This document shows, in pieces, positions 14,541-26,498 of a stretch of DNA of 64,000 nt. This DNA is from Geosiphon pyriformis uo1 (taxonomy: Eukaryota > Fungi > Glomeromycota). The notes under the pieces were generated by a model, which saw only the letters and a program-made list of their open reading frames with translations, had not been told where the DNA came from and made no database searches. The position numbers and the translations under genes were made by a program. The stretch spans positions 222,582 through 286,581 of the forward strand of contig JAAOMT010000571.1 in the NCBI GenBank assembly GCA_016748015.1, in the 5' to 3' direction. Each line of letters starts with the position of its first letter. Position 1 is the stretch's first letter.

Positions 14541-14560
14541 TGGTTTTCTGTAGGATTATA

Positions 14561-14577
14561 TCTCACAAGGAGCACCA
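14561..14577 (-). other. B1 primer binding site TGGTGCTCCTTGTGAGA (tRNA-Ile(UAU)-like)
   Basis: TGG 2 nt after the LTR end; resembles the complement of eukaryotic tRNA-Ile(UAU) 3' ends. The tRNA identity is an inference. Confidence 0.6.
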
Positions 14578-14579
14578 AA

Positions 14580-15344
14580 TGTTATAGATGATTATTTGGG
14601 GTCTCAAATCAAATAACAAACCCATAACTTGGTGCTCAATTAATATATTAATGTTAGCAATTTCTGAAAGTGTGATTTTTGAAGATTTTGGTTGAGTTCT
14701 TTGTATAATGAACAGAAATTCAATTAATAGTTTTATCTGTAGTTTCCCAAAACTGCAATTTTGTCAATTTTTTTCTCAGCATGATAGCCGGTAATTTTTT
14801 TGGTAAGATATTTTTAATTTCGAGTATCTATCCTTATTTTTGGGTTTTTACCAATGTTATATCTTGGTGTCAGTACTTTCATGTGTAATTCTTTTTAATC
14901 AAGTTAACAACAAAGAAAATAAAACAAAAAAAGAAAAGAAAAAAAAGCCAAGGCAATTTGCATATTAGTATCTTATCAATAGCCATAATTAAGAGCTATT
15001 GTTTCAGTGTAGTTAAGTATCAATTACTATTAACATTTCATGTTGATAGTAGGGAGTGGATTTGAGATATTAAATAGATATTTATTGATATTTGTGATGT
15101 GGAAGGTTGCTTAGATTAAATCTAAACTGAGAGATCTGTTTTTTTTTCTTCTAATGTTACTGCTATATATACATAATTGATGTTCTATGAAATTGCTCAC
15201 ATTCCCAAGCAATGTGCTATGATTTCTTGAGCAATGTGCCCTAATTTTCTAACATCACTTCACATTACTGAGCAATGTACTCATGTGCTAACTACTACTC
15301 TCCTATTGGTTTACTATTTTCTATATCTGTTTTTATTAGTAATA
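14580..15344 (-). repeat. B1 5' LTR
   Basis: Homologous to 5631-6418; followed on the minus strand by the PBS and gag. Confidence 0.85.
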
Positions 15345-17641
15345 ATGTATATTAAATATTTATTTATTCAATTTACTTCTTTATTGTAATTTTTTCTTTG
15401 ATTAATTTTATTATTCTACAATTTTGTTTTTTTTTGCTATTTATTAGTTTTATTATACTAACTCATAACATAAAAGTGGTGTTTTCTGTAAAGTTGTTAA
15501 AATTTACTTTGTTTTTTATTGTATAAGTAATTATTTATATCTGCCATAAGAATTAAAAAAATATTTTGTAGTATACAATAAAAACAACCTAGATTTTATT
15601 GAACTCAATTTTTTGTTCTCTTGTTTAATCTGCTTTTATGTTGAAGAACAATTTAATAGACAATTCCAAGATTTTTAAAACTGGTTTCTAAATAAGTATT
15701 TAGCTGAAATTTATATAGCTTATACAATCTATTTCTTTGATTAAGCTTATTTTGAAGAAAAAAACAACTATATCAATTAACTTTTATATTCAACAACTTT
15801 TAATTAACAGTTTTCTGATTACAAATATTTGAATTATTAAATCTATATTTGAATTACTATGCATTAATTAACTAAAACTCTTTTTAAAACAAAAGAAGAA
15901 AGTTACTAAACTATTCTTGTTTTTAATTTTTTTTCAAGTAAATCAAATTATTTCAAACAAATAGCTATTTCTAAATCAATAGCTATTAACCCTATACAAA
16001 TAAACATTTTGGCTATTTTTCAAGATATACAAACTGCTTTAGAATAAAATAACAACACTCTATTACTATTATTTAGAAGTGATGTTCAAAATTCAATTAA
16101 ATAATTAAATAACTTTAAAAGAACAATTATAACCAATTAATATGATGCTAACTATAAGTTCCAAATTATTGGTGGCTATTTTCAAAACTCTTCTACTATT
16201 TGGTTCTTACAAAAAACTAATACTAGTGCTTTTTAAAAATTTATCAAATAAATATCAATAAATATTAAAGAAAAAAATATCTTTTTCACTACTCAATTTA
16301 AAAACAAATTCAAAATTCCAATTTTAATATTCAAATAATATATAAAATTGAAAAAAAACTTAAGGCTCTAGTAAAGTTATAACTAAATATGCCAAAACAA
16401 TTAAAAAGCTTATTAAATAAGTAGATTTTAGAAAAAACCAAACAAAAGAGCAAAAGATTTACTCTTTTACAAAAGAATTAAAAACTGATCTATTATATGC
16501 TCTTTAGTTTTTTTTGGCTTTAAAAAATAATCTCACTATAGATATAATTATTGAACTTGTTCAAAAAATTAAAGATAACTAAAAGATACATTTAAAATTT
16601 ATCTTTCTAGTTTTTGTTCCTGTTTTTGTTATGATTTTTGTTTCTTAAATAACTATTATTTTTTTGCTGCCCAAAACCAAAATTTTAATAAACAATTAAT
16701 AAATAACTTATAGCCAATCTTGTTTGGTTATTAGAACCTTAACCCAAACAGTCAGAAAAACTCAACAAATTCAAAGATCTAAATTTGAACTCTGTTTTAA
16801 TTAGTCTTAGCAACCATCTTATCAAAGACAACAAAATCATAATCCACTTATGTGCTATTATTGTGAATTGACTGAATATTTTTTCAAAAATTGTAATAAT
16901 CTTTTTTTGTCTCTTCTAGTTCCTAAAAACAATAATAATTAAATAACAGAATTATTAATAACAATACTCCAAATTAAAGACCTAATTATGCTAACATCAA
17001 TTTCTTTAAAAAAAAATTTTTAGTTAAAACTACTGTTTATTAGCCTTTAAACTAATAGATACATCTTTAAAGAGTAAAAGTACAAATCAATTAGAAAAAA
17101 ACCCTTTTTATGCTTTTAATTTAACTAATAATAATAATAATATAAATAAACTGACTATTAACTTCTCTGACTTAACAAAAAAAAACCAAGATTAATTTTG
17201 TTCTGGATCTCAATAAAGCTTCCATATTAATTGCTAATAATAATAAATTATTAAAAGCTAAAGTTTTTAAGAATTTTTTAAAGTTAAAATTTTCAGAAAT
17301 TATACAAAAATCTGAATTTTATTTTATTGTCAAGGATTTTATAAAAATTCTAACACATATTATTTTTAACCAACTAATGACTTATCTACAGTTCAGAAAA
17401 ATTTTTTATAAATCCTTGATTCCAAAAAAGAAGACACTAAAAACTAATAAGTGTCTTTAACAAACTAAATTTACTAATAACAGCAATATTACTTCTTTGA
17501 TTTACAAAGCCCAAGTGGCTAGTTATTTTATTGATCTGATTTTAAATAGTGAATTATTTGTTAGTATTATTGCCAAACATTTTTTTGAAACTATTGGTAA
17601 AAAAAAATTGATAAATCTTCAACTTATTCTATAATTAATGT
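15345..17641 (+). mobile_element. Third gypsy-like family (C): highly eroded gag-zinc knuckle-protease relic, interrupted by a family-A LTR
   Basis: Degenerate CYYCELTEYFFKNC knuckle (~16853-16894) and protease-like IDLILNSELFVSIIAKHF (~17530-17583); AT-rich with many stops. Confidence 0.55.
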
Positions 17642-17937
17642 TGTTACGGTTTAAGAATTTAGCAAAAAGAATCATAAAAATAATACAAACTATTCAATCA
17701 TAATATAGCACAGTAATAATCTTAGAAAGATAATGATTAACATAGTAGCAAACACCATCTCGCGATAGTGGCAAGCACCAGTTCACAATAGCAGCCAACA
17801 CCAACTGGTGATAGCAGCAAGCACCAGGTTGAAATATCAAAAAGAAAGTATTTTCTCGTAGAACTACAAACATGTATATATACAGTAGTTTTAATATTGG
17901 GAAAGAATCAATCAAGTAATAAAAATCATAACTTATC
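17642..17937 (+). repeat. Family A LTR (5' part), truncated by a 20-N gap
   Basis: Starts TGTTACGGTTTAAGAATTTAGC; near-identical to 18571 and 27181. Confidence 0.9.
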
Positions 17938-17957
17938 NNNNNNNNNNNNNNNNNNNN

Positions 17958-18570
17958 AAGTATCTTAGGAATTCTGTTTTGAAGGCATTGAAATCTTGTG
18001 GTTTATTAACCAAGCTCTGATACCATGAATTGGCGGTATCCTTGAGAAAGTAGAGAATGGCTTGCATTGCTCGGCCATCATTCCATCCATTGGCTGTAAT
18101 GGCTTTTTTTACATCATTCAGCCATACTTGAGTGTCATCCTCTTTACCAGTAAAGTTGTCAAGTTTTGCGATTGGTGCATAGGCCATTGGATCTAAGTTA
18201 GGTAGTTGTGATGGCTGTTGAAGCAGTTGTTGTGGTATTGGTTGTTGGGGTGGTAGTTGAAGTGGCTGTTGTATGGGTTTGGCTATGAATTAATTGGCAG
18301 TTGATTAATGACAATTACTGGAGGTAAGTTTTGATTAATTAATTCAGGGTTTGGATTGTTCTGTCTTTGATGATTTGGAGTTTCAATTTCTGAATTTTCT
18401 AGATTTAGATTTTGTTGAGTTTGAAAATTCGGGTCTTCTAGGATCGGGTTTTGGTAATTAAATTCCTGATCCTCATCTTTGTCTTCTTCTGATTCAGTAA
18501 TTTCCTAGGGACTGATGGTTCCGAAATCTGGCTGATGAAGCGGTGATTAAAATTCTGATGGTGTTGGCGA
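17958..18570 (-). pseudogene. Family B (B2) gag, downstream part, split by the A2 insertion
   Basis: MAYAPIAKLDNFTGKEDDTQVWLNDVKKAITANGWND..; joins 28049+ in register across the GCGA TSD; homologous to B1 ~13390-13945. Confidence 0.85.
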
Positions 18571-19439
18571 TGTTACGGTTTAAAAATTTAGCAAAAAGAA
18601 TCATAAAAATAATACAAATTATTCAATCATAATATAGCACAGTAATAATCTTAGAAAGGTAATGATTAACATAGTAGCAAACACCATCTCGTGATAGTGG
18701 CAAGCACCAGTTCACAATAGCAGCCAACACCAACTGGTGATAGCAGCAAACACCAGGTTGAAATATCAAAAAGAAAGTATTTTCTTATAGAACTACAAAC
18801 ATGTATATATACAGTAGTTTTAATATTGGGAAATAATCAATCAAGTAATAAAAAAATCATAACTTATCAAGCAACAGATCCAATTTTATCCAACAAACTC
18901 CACTTTAAATCATACTTTCAAATTAAATATCCCAAGAAACCTTTAAAAATCAAAAAGAAATGAAAAAAAATATTTAAAACAGAACTATCACAACCCAAAG
19001 TATTAAGAAACTTACTTGTATTATTTATTGAATGAAACTATCATTCATCAACTGAATCCCTTGGAAGAATAATTCTTGATCAAGATTATTCACATTATTA
19101 CTAATTGATAAATGCTTTATTGTGAGAATTAGAAAAGCACTAAAGACCATTAACATTCTGTGTTTCTAGATTAGAGAAACACATCAGGCAATTGCAAGGA
19201 TAGCCTCAGAGAAGACCCCAGATAGTGGGTAGATTTCAGTTCAGCCTCTGAGAAGGAGTACATAAACACACACAACAATCAAGAATTAAAGAATAACTTA
19301 CATTGCAACAGTAAAAAGAAAGTCTTCAGTGTAACAGTGACATTATCACACAAATAGAATTGAGGAACTCACGAAAGACTGATTGTAATTAAAGCGGGAT
19401 ATCAGCAATTAAATATAACAAGAAAACTATCCCGTAACA
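18571..19439 (+). repeat. A2 5' LTR (869 bp)
   Basis: TGTTACGG...CCGTAACA; about 23 substitutions vs the 3' LTR by eye, mostly transitions. Confidence 0.95.
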
Positions 19440-19441
19440 TT

Positions 19442-19458
19442 TGGTGAACCCTACGAGG
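19442..19458 (+). other. A2 primer binding site TGGTGAACCCTACGAGG (tRNA-Trp-like)
   Basis: TGG 2 nt after the LTR; resembles tRNA-Trp-type PBSs (TGGTGA(A/C)CCCGACG). The tRNA identity is an inference. Confidence 0.6.
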
Positions 19459-19742
19459 AAAGAAAATCAAAAAGGAAATAATAATTAGCAATAATTCATT
19501 GCTAAAAAGGAAAAGACAAAAGTGGCGACAAAAACCCCTAATCTTACTGTTCTTGAATTCTGCCGTGCTATTTACACACAAAATCAAAGTGATCTTGGAT
19601 TACCAGAAGGGTGTTGTCCAGCAGAATCTGCCCTCACTTATTATATCAACGCCAGAATAAATTATCATATAGGAAAGAAAGAAGAACCACACGACGCAAA
19701 ACTTGGATTGTATAGAGAATTATCACAATACACTACAAAAGA

Positions 19743-19761
19743 CTGTCTCTTATACACATCT
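19743..19761 (+). other. Nextera/Tn5 mosaic-end adapter CTGTCTCTTATACACATCT (assembly contamination)
   Basis: Exact 19-nt match to the Tn5 ME; joins two non-adjacent gag segments and translates as CLLYTS. Confidence 0.97.
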
Positions 19762-22700
19762 CTTGAATTGGCTGAGAAAGAAGCTAACCATAGTCAAATG
19801 GTTAACATGGTAATGGAGGAAAATAAGACAGAAACATTAGAGAAAAGAGTAACACAATTAGGGGAGGAACTCTCTAAGAAAATAGAAAGTTACCTCATCC
19901 CGGATCCGAGAAAAAATACATACCAACCACCCCAAAAACGCAGCCAGGAAGTCAGCGACAGTCGAAATAATCGCTCGTCGCGCCAGGAATTCAGAACAGA
20001 AACACGCGCCTGCCATTTTTGCAAATGCGTAGGACATTTGATTAGTCAATGTCGAACGCGAATGATGCAGGAAGCACGCGAAAATAATTACTACACGCCA
20101 CCCCAAATGCCCAGAAACCAGTACACGCCAATACCACACCAATATCCCACCACGTATCAAAATCAAGGAGCTTACCAGCAACAGCCCATGATAGCCAACC
20201 CGAATTGGCGTCCCGAGGCCCGAAATCAGCCCATGTGGAACCAGAACGCGTTGGTCCAGAGGAATCCAAACCGNNNNNNNNNNNNNNNNNNNNGGACATG
20301 CACACATGGCTCAGAGAAGCACAAAAAGCCATCCAGGCAAATAACTGGAATGACCAAAGAGCAATTCAAACATTACCTTTCTTCCTGAAAGGCACAGCCG
20401 ACTCATGGTATCAAAGCCTGGAAACAAAACCCACAAGCTTCGCCGAATTTAAAAATGCACTCCTGGAGTATTTTAGCAACCCAAACGCCGTAATCCAACT
20501 ACAGAACGAATTCAATACTATCAAGCAAAATACCGGTGAAACTGTCACCCAATACCTTGCTCGATTCAATCGAATTCGCCGTCAGATTGAAGCGATTGAA
20601 CAAGGATACTACACTGATCCTCAGGTTTTAAATCAGTTTATTAGAGAATTAAAAAGCAGCATTTTAGGAAGAGTATGCCCTGCCCACCCTAATTCCTTAC
20701 CAGAAGCCGTTACGCTCGCCAGAGCCCTTGAATCGGCTGAGAAAGAAGCTAACCATAGTCAAATGGTTAACATGGTAATGGAGGAAAATAAAAAGTTACC
20801 TCATCCTGGATCCGAAAAAAAATACATACCAACCACTCCAAAGATGCAGCCAGAAAGTCAGCGACAGTCAAAATAATTGCTCGTCGTGCCAGGAATTCAG
20901 AACAGAAACACGCGCCTGTCATTTTTGCAAATGCATAGAACATTTGATTAGTCAATGTCGAATGCGAATGATGCAGAAAGCACGCGAAAATAATTACTAC
21001 GTGCCACCCCAAATGCTCAGAAGCCAGTACATGCCAATATCACGCCAATATCTTACCACGTATCAAAATCAAGGAGCTTACCAGCAACAGCCCATGATAG
21101 CCAACCCGAATTGGCATCCCGAGGCCCGAAATCAGCCTATGTGGAACCAGAACGCGTTGGTCTAGAGGAATCCAAACTGTGCCAGAACCAATCAGCAAAC
21201 CAATCCAAACTACCAAAATTATCAACAAATTTATCTTAATATACCGGAAAACCTGATCATCGGAAACAATAATGGTAGAAACATAAACAGAACCAAGAAT
21301 TCCTCCAAATTGAGCCAGACAATACCACCAGCAGTTGCCACTGAAGATAGCAGCCTCACAGCTATTTTTCCTTTTGAATTAGAGGAAAACAAAGCTATGT
21401 TCAGTGGAGCAGCATTGGACGAAAAACGCCCAATCACTGCTATGTATACGGAAGCCACTGTAAACAATACCCCAATCAAACTTATCTTAAACAGCAGATC
21501 CGCTGGAAGCATCGTAACACTTCAACTAGTAAACCAACTGGGTTTCAAAGTTGATTGTGCTGCGACATCTCAAATCATAACAGCCGATGGAAATACAAAG
21601 CTGCCTTATGGTGAAATCGACTCATTCTCTTTCGAAATTAACGGCATAGTAATACCTACAAAAGTATTAGTAATGGACGCTACATAATATCAAGTGTTAG
21701 TAGGGAATGACTGGCTAACAAAAGCCAACGCCACCCTAGACTGGACCACCCAAGAGCTTCTGATCAATTATAATGGCCACCAGGCCAAAATTCCAGCCAC
21801 CTGTGGCCACTTCCAAAAACCCAGCGCCAACCAAAGACCTACCTTCGAATTTGAAGAAAATCCAGCACTACCAGCCATCGAAACCTATCAGCTCTCTTGG
21901 GCTGATGACCAAAGAACAGGACTACCAGCTGTACCAACGTGGACCAGCAAAAAAAGATCCGAATGGAACCAGGTAAGTTTACGAAGAAACCACTAGCAAT
22001 GCAGACCAAAGCTAGAATGCTCGGTTTGCAAAAAGAAACTCTCGTCTATGACTGCGTGCAGTGCACCGGACGAAGACCCAAGAAACTCCACCCACTACTA
22101 TTGTAACCGTTGTAACAAAAAAAAATACGGTTATCCAGAAAGACACAGAAAATGGGACGAGGAACCGTGCCTCGCTTGTGGAGAACCGTTACCAAGAGGG
22201 TGTGACTAGAATGACTTACCAGGCAGAGGAGAAACGTGTGACGCAACTTGCCAATACACGATCCTCATCTGTGACTGAATAAGAGGAAGAACACTGTTCG
22301 AAGCAGCGTTCAACAGAGTGTTAAAAAGACTACAGCACTACCCACACGACAAGGACGAGTTGTACAACACTGCACAAGCCAAAGTAAGAGGAGGAACCGC
22401 CAAAGAAATACAACGTTGGAAAGAGTCAGCTGAAGTAGCCGACGAAGTCGCCAGCTACAACATGTTCGACCCAGTGGACAAATTTCAGGACTACTACTAA
22501 CAACTATGCCCCACTCGACAAGAGCAAGAACAATACCTTGCCCAAATCAACACTTATCTCTGCAAAAACTGTCTCATCCCGTGCCAAAATCAGTACTGTG
22601 AAGAGTGTCAAGACGAAAGGGACTTAGAAAGAAAAATGGAAATTGAGAATCAGCAGTCTCAAAATTAATCAAATCAACAAGACTTACCTGATGGTCCCGA

Positions 22701-22764
22701 GTCAGAAAAATTTGTAGCCTATACTGACCTAGAACAGGTGACCAACATCCGATACTTTGACAAC

Positions 22765-23170
22765 GGGCACTTAGGAATAATACCTGAAAGAACCCATCCA
22801 ACCAATGCCGGATTCGATCTACGTTATCCGGAAGACCAATCCACAATATTACCACCCAGGAGCATTACCAAAATCGACCTAAAAATAGCAGTTGAAATTC
22901 CGCCAGGAATAATGGTTCAAATGGCATTGCGATCAAGCCTCACGAAAAAAGGAATAAGTGTTCAAGGAGGAGTAATTGACTCTGGATACACTGGAAATTT
23001 GATGGTTTTGCTACAGAACAATTCAGAAAAGCCTTATACCATTAAATCTAAGGAAAAGATTGCACAAGCAATTTTCCTACCATTGGTAAAAATTGGGAAA
23101 TTCATGCCAGTAGAAAATCGTGAGGAATTGTCACAAACAACGAGAGGAACTTTTGGTTTTGGATCGACAA
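22765..23170 (+). other. dUTPase domain within A2 pol
   Basis: All five trimeric dUTPase motifs: AGFDL, RSS, GGVIDSGYTG, KIAQAIF, RGTFGFGST. Confidence 0.92.
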
Positions 23171-25034
23171 AAAAAGGAATTGAAGTGAATTTCGCTGAAA
23201 CAATAGAGGAAAAAGGCAAAGTAATTAAAAATGAGCGGTCCATCACGCTCCTACCATATGGAAAATCAGAAATAAGAATAAAAAGAACAATTAAAGAAAA
23301 AGACCTAATATTTGAGCCCTATTCAGAAACTTGCCAATAGTTTCTCATAGGACTTACTAACCTTTTTATTTTAGCTGATAAAGCTCAATGGATAAAAATT
23401 CCTATCGCAAACACCACAGAAGAACCCGTCTACATTCCGGAAGATACCATCATTGGATACCTCAGAACGGAGCTAGAAAATGTGTCAACACCACAAAAAA
23501 TTCTAAATTTCTCAGAAATCGCCCTCTACTGTGAACTCACTTCAATAAATTGGCAACAACCAGTAGAATGCTATCAATTTATGCCAGAAGAATTGGCCAA
23601 ATTAAACATTGGAACAATGGATCCTAACCAACAGCGACAATTAAAAGCATTAATTTTAAAATACTCTGATATATTTTCAAGAAATGGCGAATTTGGAAGA
23701 ACCAACTTGGTTCAACACCAAATTTCCACTGGAGACGCCAGACCTGAAAAACAACGTGCTTACCGTGTCCCACCAATGGAGCATAATTTTATCAGAGAAG
23801 AAGTCTAAAGCATGTTGGAAAAAAGAATAATACAACCATCAATGAGCCCATGGTCCTCACCAGTTGTTTTAGTAAGGAAAAAGAATGGAAAAATTAGATT
23901 TTGCGTCGACTATCGCAAACTAAACAGCAAAACAACCAAAGACTCATACCCAATACCGTTAATTGACGAAATCTTTGACGTTTTTGGAGGAGCAAAATGG
24001 TTTTCTACACTGGACTTGACCAGTGGGTACTGGCAAGTGGAAATGAACCCAAAGGACAGGCATAAAACAGCATTCACAACACAAAATGGCAATTATGAGT
24101 TCAATGTAATGCTATTTAGATTAACAAACGCTTCCGCAACATTCCAAAGACTAATGGATGTAATTTACTCCGGAATCCTGTGGCAATCCGTTGTTGTCTA
24201 CTTGGATGATACAAATGTTTTCTTGTCAAAATTCACGGATCATCTCCAACATTTACAACAAGTTTTTGAGAGATTGAGACACACTGGACTTAAACTAAAT
24301 CTAGAAAAATGTTTCTTTGGGAAAAATGAGCTAGCATTTTTAGGACACGTAGTTGGAAAAGATAGAATAAAACCAGATCCATCAAAAATAGACAAAGTGA
24401 AAAATTTTCAAGTACCTCAAAACGTTTTAGAAGTTAGAAGCTTTTTAGGACTCGCATCTTATTACTGCCGCTTTGTAGAAAACTTTTCAAACATCACCAA
24501 ATCCCTTAATTACCTACTATCTAAAAATGTGAAGTTTGAATGGACTGAAGCACAACAAAAAGCTTTTGAGTACCTTAGACAAAAGCTCATTGAATCACCA
24601 ATAATGATCTATCTGAATTTCAACAAGAAATTCATTTTGGCCACAGATGCCTCTGGAACTGGACTTGGAGCTATTCTGTCACAAAAAGATAATAATGGAA
24701 GAGAACGTGTAATCGTTTATGCCAGCAGAAGTCTCAGTATGGCAGAACAAAACTACGCAGCACATGAACTTGAATGCTTAGCAGTAGTCTGGAGTTGTGT
24801 TCACTTTGACACATATTTACAGTACCAACCCTTTGAGATTACGACAGATCATAGAGGTCTGGTCTGGTTAAATAACAAGAAAGCACTAAAAGAAAAATAC
24901 GCCAGATGGTCACAAACGTTAGCACCATACGATTATATTATCAAATACAAAAAAGGTACCAAAAATGCTAATGTCAACTGTTTGTCAAGAATGAGACACA
25001 CATAAAAATCACCAACCCACCCGCCACAACAACA

Positions 25035-26414
25035 ATGAACAACCACCTTTACAAAAACCTCAGCCAATACTTGGAAACACTACAAATAGATGAAGAAATG
25101 CCAGTAAAAGAGCTAATTAAGCTCCAAAAATTAGCAAAACACTATTTCATCCAAAATCACATACTTTATTACCAGAATCAACAAAATCTAGATAATCCAT
25201 TAAGAGTTATAACCACGGATGAAAAAGAAACTATCTTATTTAACATGCACTCAGATATTCATTCAGGCCACTTTGGAAAAACAGCAACCATCCAACATGC
25301 AACTAGCCATTATTATTGGCCAAAAATGAATTCAGACATAATTCAATACATAAGAAATTGTGACCCATGCCAACAAAAAGGAGGAGCAAAAACAACGAAA
25401 TTATTAAGACCAATAAAAGTTGGACAGCCATTTGACAGAATCGGAATTGATTTAGTTGGACCCTTACCAATAACAACAAGAAACAACCATTATATTGCAG
25501 TAGCCATGGACTATCTCACCAAATAGCCAGAAGCTAGAGCTATTAAAACAGCTAATGCTATTTCCATAGCTCAATTCGTACATGAAGACTTAATTTGCCG
25601 ACATGGATGTCCACAAAAATTACTATCAGATCAAGGCACACACTTCGTAAACAGCACCTTAAAAAAACTTAACCAAAAATTTGGAATCAAACAACCACTG
25701 TCATCACCATACCACTCTCAAACAAATGGATTAGTTGAAAGATTTAATCGCACATTATGCGAATCACTGGCAAAAATTAGTAATAAACATGAAAAAGAAT
25801 GGGATTTGTTCATATCAGCAGTACTACTAGCATATAGAACAGTAAAACAAGATACTACACAATTCACACCATTTGAACTAGTTTATGGAAGAAAAGCCAC
25901 ATTACCCATTGAACTTACTATCCCAACTTATCCAAGTGACACTATCACAGAAGCAACATTCCAGGAAACACTACTTAGAAGAACATACGAATTAATGGGA
26001 ACTTTAGAAAACAAAAGAAGAAAAGCAGCACAAAATATTGAACAATCACAAGAACAACAAAAAGTGAGACATGATAACCAGTTACCAGATAATATAATTA
26101 GCTATAAAATTGGAGATAAAGTATTGTTGCATCGTACAAAAATGGAAAAACAGTGGAGTGGAAAATTTGATCACAAGTGGGATGGACTATTTTATATTCA
26201 CGAAATACTTGGAAATGGAGCATACAAGCTAAGACTAGATGATAAAATATTAAGAAAAGCAGCACATGATAACCAGTTGAAATTCTATTACAGTAAACCA
26301 GTAATAACAACAAAAACACCCAGAATTGGAACACAATTACCTTTAATTCTACCAGAACAAATTCCACGAGATTTAGAACCAATAGTTTTAATTGAACATT
26401 ATTCGAAAAGATAA
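25035..26414 (+). pseudogene. A2 integrase (separate ORF, one TGG>TAG stop at 25524-25526)
   Basis: HHCC (HSDIHSGHF..CDPC), GIDLVGPLP, SDQG, NGLVERFN, TPFELVYG, GPY/F-like WDGLFYI; no chromodomain visible. Confidence 0.9.
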
Positions 26415-26498
26415 TTAATCTTAGATCACAGCAAAAATGATTTAACAACCATAAAAACGCATGCAAAAGATTCCAAAATAACAGTCAAAATTAAAACA

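Larger units (their letters stand above)
5631..15344 (-). mobile_element. Ty3/gypsy LTR retrotransposon family B (B1), full-length but heavily degenerate
   Basis: LTRs at 14580-15344 and 5631-6418, PBS, PPT (AAAAGGTGGAGATAA), and gag, protease, dUTPase, RT, RNaseH, integrase and ORF3 remnants with many stops. No matching TSD (CTAT vs ATGT). Confidence 0.85.
19522..25005 (+). pseudogene. A2 gag-PR-Cys-rich-dUTPase-RT-RNaseH polyprotein with premature stops
   Basis: ORFs 20944, 21310, 21694, 22318, 22738, 23482 and 23812 are all in one frame, separated by stops explicable as CAA/CAG/TGG transitions. Motifs: IKLILNSRS (protease), YLDD (RT), TDAS/TDH (RNaseH). Confidence 0.9.
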
